Below, one piece after another: positions 56,400 to 64,000 of a stretch of DNA of 64,000 nt. Every line of letters starts with the position of its first letter. Position 1 is the stretch's first letter. The notes below the pieces were generated by a model, which saw only the letters and a program-made list of their open reading frames with translations, searched no databases and was not told the DNA's origin. The DNA lies in assembly GCA_951406725.2 (NCBI GenBank), contig OX597817.1, forward strand, positions 147,436,001 through 147,500,000. Reading direction: 5' to 3'. Position numbers and translations under genes: made by a program. Source of the stretch: Octopus vulgaris. Lineage: Eukaryota.

Positions 56400-56627
56400 T
56401 ATGGCCGGTCATAGAGTAACCGTTTGTTTCCACTTTTTACATTATGACATTTCTGTGATGCACGATCCCTATTGATCGGCCTTCTTATCTGTTTTTTTTC
56501 CACGATCCCTTTCGATCGAAATTCTCCCTACCCTTTTTTCCTCCCAAAAAAGAAAAGCTCTACTTTGTATTTTGTCCCCTCTGTGTTTAGCCCTGTGTGG
56601 CCAATAAAGAAACATATCTATCTATCT
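56400..56627 (+). mobile_element. Tx1-like LINE 3' UTR fragment ending in (ATCT)n
   Basis: CACGATCCCTATTGATCG..AAAAGAAAAGCTCTAC..GCCCTGTGTGGCCAATAAAGAAAC-ATATCTATCTATCT matches the reverse complement of 44525-44790. Confidence 0.85.
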
Positions 56628-56629
56628 GC

Positions 56630-56858
56630 GGCACAGTCTTGAATGGTTTGGTCGAACGAATGAACCCCAGTACTTATTTTAACGTCTAGTATTCATTCGG
56701 TTGTTATCCTTTGTGAGCCGCTTAGTTACAGGGACATAAACAAACCAATATCCGTTCACAAGGGGGGGGGAGCAAACACAGACGAAAAGACATACAAATG
56801 CATACAAAGATACACTCTCCCTAACACACACACATACACGCACACACACACACACGCG

Positions 56859-56897
<39 letters not shown>

Positions 56898-57030
56898 TTA
56901 CACACGTATTACCAACGAGCTTTCCCACACACAGCTTTCGCGCGTTCAATTCACTCACACGGCATCTGACGGCTGGGCGGTTGTAGAGAAAGATATCTAC
57001 CCAAGGTGCCGCATAGTTAGAATTAACCCC
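56630..57030 (-). mobile_element. Decayed SINE family A
   Basis: ACCCCAGTACTTATT..CCGCTTAGTTACAGGGAC..CCCAAGGTGCCGCA on plus is the reverse complement of family A. Confidence 0.6.
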
Positions 57031-58213
57031 AAATCATATAAATATGCAATGCCGAAACCATATACACACACACTGTACCGCCCCCACACACGCACACACA
57101 CTCATTCATACACACACATATGTATATATAAGTTTTCTTTTTACCGCATAAACGTGAAATCAATGCACTTTAAAGTGTCCATGGTGGTTTCCGAAAACGT
57201 ATTGCAATTCAGTGACTGAGTTTAATGCCTTCACGGACAACAGCCAACATACCGGCACATTATAGCCTGAATTATGATTGTAGCCGAAACTGCGACAAAA
57301 GACGTAAATCTGGAATGTTCTCTGCCTTGTTTATCTGTGAAAGGAAGTAAGGAGAAGTTGCTTCTGTTTAACGTTTATATTAACTTTGGGTTTTAATGAT
57401 GAGTTCAGTTCGTCCCATGAAAGCTTGATAAACTACATAAAATCAAAATTACTTTTTCTTTATGGCATTCGCTATCAGTATGGAATACAATTTTTCTCTA
57501 ACATTTAATTCTATGAAGTGGTGTAAATAGGCTTGCATTCATATTTGGTATAGGTAACGCTGTTCTATAACATTGTTTTTTTTATCCCTGTAATGCTGTT
57601 TTTTTTTTGTACTTAGAATACACCTAATGGGAAATGAAGATTGTGTTGCAAAGCTAATACCTTTACTTAAAAAGACTATTTATGCCATTGATTCGTTTAA
57701 CCCTTTTCCTGTCCAAAGCATTTTTTATTAGTTTGTCCTCCACGTTTATGCTTGTTTTAAAACTTAGCCCTTTTTTTAATACGTGATATGAGGCTTTCCT
57801 TTCATAAGTCCCAAGTAGCTCTGGTGGTCGAAAAATTAGTAAATGTGTATCATATATGATGCATTGATACCAGGGAAATATGTCCTGTGTATCACAGGTA
57901 ATAGAGTAGGCAAGCAAAGGATGAAATAAAAGAACAATCACAGCGATGTATTAGATGATTACTTGCTGGTTTCCTCTGATCAGGTGTATCGGTTTCGTTT
58001 CCAAGAAATGAAGATAAGAAGTAGTATTAATTCTCAGAAGCAATACAGAGCGGCAAGAAGTGAAATAGTTTTGAGGGGGTATCAAAATCTTGACATGTTC
58101 ACTTAACTTTGCTTCTGTTACCCTTTTTAATGTTACTAATGATAATGCAATGCTCAAAAATGCATTGTGTGATTCTGAAATACGATTTTAGCCACGAATT
58201 GTGACAAGATATA

Positions 58214-58580
58214 GGCGCAGGAGTGGCTGTGTGGTAAGTGGCTTGCTTGCCAACCACATGGTTCCGGGTTCAGTCCCACTGCGTGGCACCTTAGGCAAGT
58301 GTCTTCTGCTATGGCCTCGGGCCGACCAATGCCTTGTGGGTGGATTTGGTGGACGGAGGCCTATCGTGTATGTGTGTGTATGTATTTGTGTGTCTTGACG
58401 GCCGATGCTGGTGTGTTTGTGTCCCCGTTACTTGGCGGTTCGGCAGGGGAGAGCGATGGAGTAGGTGCTGGGCTTACAGAAGAGTGGGTCCCGGGGTCGA
58501 GTTGCTCGACTAAAGGCGGTGCTCCAGCATGGCCGCAGTCAAATGACTGAAACAATTAAAAGAGTAAAAGAGTAAGAGTA
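58214..58580 (+). mobile_element. SINE family A copy with clustered A-to-G substitutions
   Basis: Aligns end to end with 27868-28281 (with two internal deletions). About 20 A-to-G differences versus about 7 other substitutions. Confidence 0.92.
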
Positions 58581-58629
58581 TATATAATAATAATAAAAGA
58601 GTAAAACGAAGTGAACAATGTGGTTAGCG

Positions 58630-58890
58630 TAATCACGTGATGTAACAAACTATCGGGCGTAGTTATGCATCACTTGTCACAATACGCTTCGCATTGATTT
58701 AGCTCTGAATGACGCCTCTCGTTTGTTAGGCGAGTAGGCCAACGTCCCTTCTGATTTGAAGGCTCCTCCGTTGTAGAGTAAGACCTTTACAGGTAACAGA
58801 ACTGGAGCAATGTGAAATGAAGTGTTTTGCTCAAGAACTGGGAATCGAAATCAGAACCCCAGGATCGTAAATGCAACATGCCAAACCACA
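58630..58890 (-). mobile_element. Decayed SINE with V-like core and tail T2
   Basis: Minus strand TTCGATTCCC-AGTTCTTGAGCAAAACACTT..TTGCTCCAG, with tail GCGTCATTC..GCGAAGCGTATTGTGAC..CACGTGA as in 37566. Confidence 0.65.
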
Positions 58891-59446
58891 AGGCCGCTCA
58901 GCTTCATGCAGAAATTTTTACTTTTATTCTACTGCGGATGATAAGGATTTGAGTAAAAGTCTGCCACAGCATAGTTTTAATAAGAAACTCAACTTTCCTG
59001 CTGATAATTTCAGTTTGATAACAAGCGGTTGATTAAACATTTTCGAAGAAGCAAACACTTTGAAAGAATCCATTTACTTTATCGAGATTCACTTGAATTT
59101 GATAGCATTCCTGTTGTCAAAGAATCATTAAAAATTGTACACAAAGCAAAATTCATTGGAACATACTATCACCTCACTTAAAATTGGTATTCTGCAACAA
59201 AGAATGACAAGACTTTCTGGATAATGCTTGTTTTGCAAACATAGACTCAACTGAAGTTAGAGCAAAAACATGAAAATAACAGACACAAATGTAAGAACGT
59301 CACTTATAACGGATGATAGAAGATAAGATGATTTTTAGAGAACAATTTGGTGAATACTACAAAGAACCACATTTGCTAACTTGGTTGCAATATAATAGCT
59401 TTAGCTGAATTTTTATATGACGAATAAAAACGTACCTAGATGCTTG

Positions 59447-59754
59447 TTAGTTGGTTGGTCCTTCTCGAGCCATGCCTGGCACATAAGGGCTGGTTTCCCG
59501 GTTTCTTGGCGTATAGGTTCCCCACCTGGACGGGACGCCGGTCCGTCGCAGGTGAGCTGCAAGATGCAGGAGGAAAGAGTGAGAGAAGGTTGTGGCGAAA
59601 GAGTCAGCAGAAGTTTCGACATTACGTTCTGCCGGAGCTGCGTGGAGCTTAGATGTTTCGCTCATAAACACACACATTGCCCGGTCTGAGATTCGAACCC
59701 GCGATCCCTCGACCTCGAGTCCGCTGCTCTAACCACTAGGCCATGTACCTCCGC
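59447..59754 (-). mobile_element. tRNA-derived SINE with core D and tail T3
   Basis: TGGCCTAGTGGTTAGAG, GGTTCGAATC, core D, then tail CCTGCGACGGACCGGCGTCCCGTCCAGG..GGCTCGAGAAGGA(CCAA)n. Confidence 0.8.
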
Positions 59755-60360
59755 ATATATACTTGTTATATAATTTTGTAAATCAAAGTTATTTCGTAAA
59801 GAATTTTATTATTTACCATATTTCATATAAATATATCTGAAATGAGAGACATCTCATAATAATTCTTAAGCATTTTTAAAGCATATAAATTTTTTTTAGA
59901 TGCATTCAAAGTTAATGAAAGCAATTGGGAGATTTTCAAAATTGCTCCAAGAAAATTTCCTTGAAATCACTTTTATTTGTCTTAAAGAATGGAATAAGAT
60001 TCTTAGAAAATGTAGTCGGGAATATACTGTCATAATCCTATAATTGTTATTCCTAATGTTTGGGATACCCTGCATTTAGGAGGGAAAGACAAAAGATTCA
60101 GTGCCTATTCAAAATATAACGATTCTTTGATATGAACCCAAATATAGACACATCAAGTGAAAATTTTGCATAACTATGCATCACGCACACAGACACTCAT
60201 CCACCGACATACACACACCCAGACATGCATACACACACACTCACTAACGCAAAAACACACATATGTATACATGTACACCTCTGTGTGAGTGTGCGCATGT
60301 GTATATATAGATATGTAGGAAAATCGATAATTTATATTGAGCATACCCCTTAGACTTAGT

Positions 60361-60490
60361 GAAGGCACATGGCTCAGTGGTTAGAGCGTCGCACTTACAG
60401 TCATGAGGTAGAGAGTTCGATTCCCGGACAGGACTGTGTGTTGTGTTCTTGAGCAAAACACTTTATTTCACTCAGCTGTAGAAATGGTTG
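60361..60490 (+). mobile_element. SINE with tRNA head and V-like core (3' extent uncertain)
   Basis: TGGCTCAGTGGTTAGAG, GAGTTCGATTCCC, GTGTTCTTGAGCAAAACACTTTATTTCAC. Confidence 0.75.
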
Positions 60491-61854
60491 TAAACTGCAT
60501 TGATGGTTTGCCTTTCCCTAGAATAACATCAGTGGCGTGGAGAGAGAAGGCTGGTATAAACAATCTTGCCTGCACTTGAGCCTCGTTCAAGGTACAATCA
60601 CATGGTCATCCATTTAACTTTTGCTCCTTAATCTTAAGAAAAGCCGAATTACTTTTAGTACACAAAGATAATTTAGGCCGATAATTCGAGTTAGTTAATC
60701 ACCACAAGCGTCCTGCTTCTGGGTCGTCTTAGAATTAAAGAACACTATTTTAAAAGTGTTCTTTTTATGCTTTGTCTTATATTGAATAGTTCTTGTTATT
60801 TAAACATGTAATTCATATCATCAAAGAATTTAGAATTTTGTCCAATATTGTTCGGCTCGCAGAATTATTATTGTCTTTGAATAGTTGATGCCTTGCACAC
60901 GTTTTCGCTGAATATATCCAGTCAACTGATGAAGACATCTTCTATGCTTTGGTTTTTATAATTAAACCTATATTTTAATATTAAAGAGATAGTCCTCTTT
61001 TTTAAATTAGTAAATATAATTTGTTTTTTTTTGTAAAAACTTTTCGGTTATATTTTCAAAGAATATTAAATATAAATGAATGTGTATTGTATTTCATATT
61101 TTTTAGATGATTTTGATCAATATATTTATACTCATTAAATTCAAGAAGTTAGTTTTGTAAGATCTTAAGCCATACAGAAATCAATGTGACGTACATATTT
61201 TCAGCAGAAAAATCTTCAATTACAGTTTTGGAAGAAATTTATTGCTGAGCCAATTTAACAGAACTTCATTTTTTGTGCATTTCTTTCTTGATATTACAAT
61301 GCCAGATTCATATTTATCTCATATGGTTTGTACTTTTCTCTTTTTACTCCTATTTTTTCTTCTTGACGAAAGGTAACTCTCCGAAGCGTTGACAATTCTT
61401 TGTTTCTTCCCTACAACATAAAATAAATTACATTGTGTTCCTGATTCATTCTGTGCTTTTTGTTTGATGTTCGTTTTTATGTTTCTGAAATCTTCTCGCA
61501 TATTAAATTCGGGTGCTACCCATTTATTTGCAGAAACATCACCTTGTTTACTACTAACTAGCAATTAGTGTAAAAAATTTGTTCATTTATATTTGTTGCT
61601 GAAAATAAATCAATATTTGTAGTTGGAACTAGCAATGAAATTTTACTGAAAATCGATACAAATATTTCTTCGATTTTAGGTTAAAAATTAACTCACTATA
61701 AAGCGAAGAATAAAAATGCTATTTTTTTCGCCCGACATAAAATAATGTTACAAATAATTTTAGTTTATAAAATGTTGATTCTTACACGAGGGATATCGAC
61801 ATTATTGTTCCATCATGGCCACTCTGTCATCTCTTTTGATTTAGCTTTGCACAG

Positions 61855-61856
<2 letters not shown>

Positions 61857-61912
<56 letters not shown>

Positions 61913-61925
61913 GAGAGAGAGAGAA
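61857..61925. repeat. (GA)n microsatellite
   Basis: Direct repeats. Confidence 0.96.
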
Positions 61926-62179
61926 AGATGGAGAGAAAGCAAGTGAAGCCAGGTTCTTCATGTTGAAATACAAATTTAACAGGTAAATGATATGTAACGT
62001 TGTTATTTTGTCCCATTGTATCCTTGACCTATGATCAAAATCATTCCAAGCCATAGCCTTCCAGTGTGTTTCTTTAGCAGACAGAGTGGAGTCTGGGCCA
62101 AGTTATGCACTCCATCCATTTTAGATGTAGCTTGAAAGATGTCGGCTACAAGAATCATGAGTTCATCGGACTAAATGCT

Positions 62180-62320
62180 CTTCCGTCTCTTTACTTCATG
62201 AGTTCAAATACCGCCAATGTCAACTGAGCCTTTCACTCCTTCGGGGTCGGTAAGATAGGGTATAAATAAAATATTGGGGGCGATATAATCGACTTGGCCC
62301 ATCCCCTCAAGATTGCTGGA
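62180..62320 (+). mobile_element. Decayed Nin-like SINE
   Basis: GAGTTCAAATACCGCC..GCCTTTCACTCCTTCGGGGTCG..GATATAATCGACTT. Confidence 0.6.
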
Positions 62321-63592
62321 CTCGAGCGCTGGCACGGAATGACGGTTCATTCAGGGTAGATGTGCTATCGATGACTAATGCACCTATAAAACCAAGTAAC
62401 CGGTCTTACGCACCCTAGGGTTCAGAATAAAAAAAGGATGAAGCTTGAAGGAGATTAATTTTTATTATTTTTATTATTAGTAGGTCGAGCTATAGTGTAG
62501 CGGCTCCCTCGTGATTGCTTGATCGAATTCTTTCGAACGACAATGGTTGATAAGGCGAAGGCACAGACTGTGAACGAGAGGAAAATAATAGAAATATAGA
62601 TGCATAGATATAGAGACCGATAGGGAAGGAGATAAAGAGTGAATGAGAAAAGGAAAATGAAACGTGGCACAGGAAAAAAAGAGCTCAAGAGGGAAAGAGA
62701 GAAATGGTTTAAAGACTTCGAAGCTGTAATATATTTCAGAAATGCATGAAGAATTTCGTAATTCGTCTTACGTATATAAAAGTAAGTCTTAATGTCTATA
62801 TTGCTCTACATAAAATTTATGAACCAACGAGGAAGCCCTTAAATTATCGCCCGACCAGATAGACTTAACTACGAAATCCTGCTTAAATTACTCACCACTA
62901 TCACGAAAGCGGAAGGACATCGTTGAACAATGGAGTCTTAGATGTCTGTGAAAGCAAATGGGAAGGTCACGGCAAGAACGTCTGAGATTATATAGATAGG
63001 CATGATTGCTCAAAACTGACCTCGAGCGGATGACCACCATTATCAGCAAACCACCACCACCACCTTCCCATCACACCACCGCCCCATCACGACCTCAACT
63101 GAAATCATCATCAACATTATCACCAGAGCTACCCCGACCACCACGCCGACAACGAAAATGAGCACCACCAACACGACCGCCACCACCACCACCATCACCA
63201 ACATTGCCGCCACCACCACCTTCTCCACAACGAAAACTACCACCCCAAAACACATCTTTAAGATATCAGCTATTTCTAGCAATGGCAATTAGATGTGAGT
63301 TCTTATTATCTGGAGTAATTGCAAAGGAAAACATAAATATTTGGTTGACTGATTTTATTTCCATTCCCTGTTAGATTGAATGCGATTACTCAACATCAAT
63401 CTTTGAAATGATGTTAAATGTGTACTGAGACTCGTGGAATGTAGGAGTAGAGCCTTTCGTAAATTTCATGTGTTTTCTGTTATTTTTTTATATGTATGTA
63501 CATATACAACGATACACAGAAAATAGGCTTAATGATAGAAGTGCTGGGCGTAAGTGCGCTTGAGTGCATGTATGGCGGCGTGCATATGCGAG

Positions 63593-63641
<49 letters not shown>

Positions 63642-63696
63642 ATGTGTGATTGTGTGTGACTGTGTGTGAATATATGTATGTATGATTGTGTGTGAC

Positions 63697-63744
<48 letters not shown>

Positions 63745-64000
63745 ATAGATGTTTTGATATGCGCACTCACTCATATATAAAGATAAATATACAAAAAGAC
63801 ATGCTCGAAATTTTATATATAGATGTGTGCGTGTGTGTTCGTGTGTGTGTGTGTGTGTTCTTGTGTGTTTGTGTTCTTGTGTGCGTGTGTGTGTGTGTTC
63901 TTGTGTGTGTGTGTGTGTGTGTGTATGTGTGTATATGTACATGTACATGTGAATGTTGATAATAGAATACTATGTTAAACTCTACTGAATCAGAGACAGT

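Noticed and set aside
56630-57030. Inverted SINE A as a co-edited dsRNA partner of 58214-58580
   Set aside because: Its differences from the family show no evident A-to-G bias on the plus strand, so there is no sign of local co-editing.
60361-60430. tRNA-like sequences (also at 22219, 37877, 43534, 59680)
   Set aside because: They have A and B boxes but no complete cloverleaf and continue into SINE cores, so they are SINE heads rather than tRNA genes.

Overview
AT-rich, repeat-saturated animal genomic DNA, intergenic or intronic. I found no host protein-coding exon that I can support. The microsatellite load and SINE families suggest an octopus or other coleoid cephalopod (inference). Nearly all listed ORFs are translations of microsatellites or decayed transposons. 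Recognisable elements: L1/Tx1-like LINE copies flanked by (ATCT)n, CR1-like LINE fragments, a co-oriented cluster of R4/Dong-like RLE LINEs, a near-full-length mariner with two identically deleted derivatives, Helitron-like non-autonomous elements, Penelope-like remnants with hammerhead-like cores, and about 25 tRNA-derived SINE copies built from exchangeable modules. Four observations stand out. (1) The SINE copy at 58214-58580 has about 20 strand-specific A-to-G changes with an ADAR-like neighbour bias, suggesting an A-to-I hyper-edited RNA written back into DNA. (2) Two SINE-LINE partnerships are visible as shared 3' tails: a Nin-like SINE with the Tx1-like LINE, and SINE family A with the CR1-like LINE. 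(3) The Tx1-like LINE appears to target (ATCT)n. (4) Different retroelement classes occupy different microsatellite motifs. All alignments and counts were done by eye.
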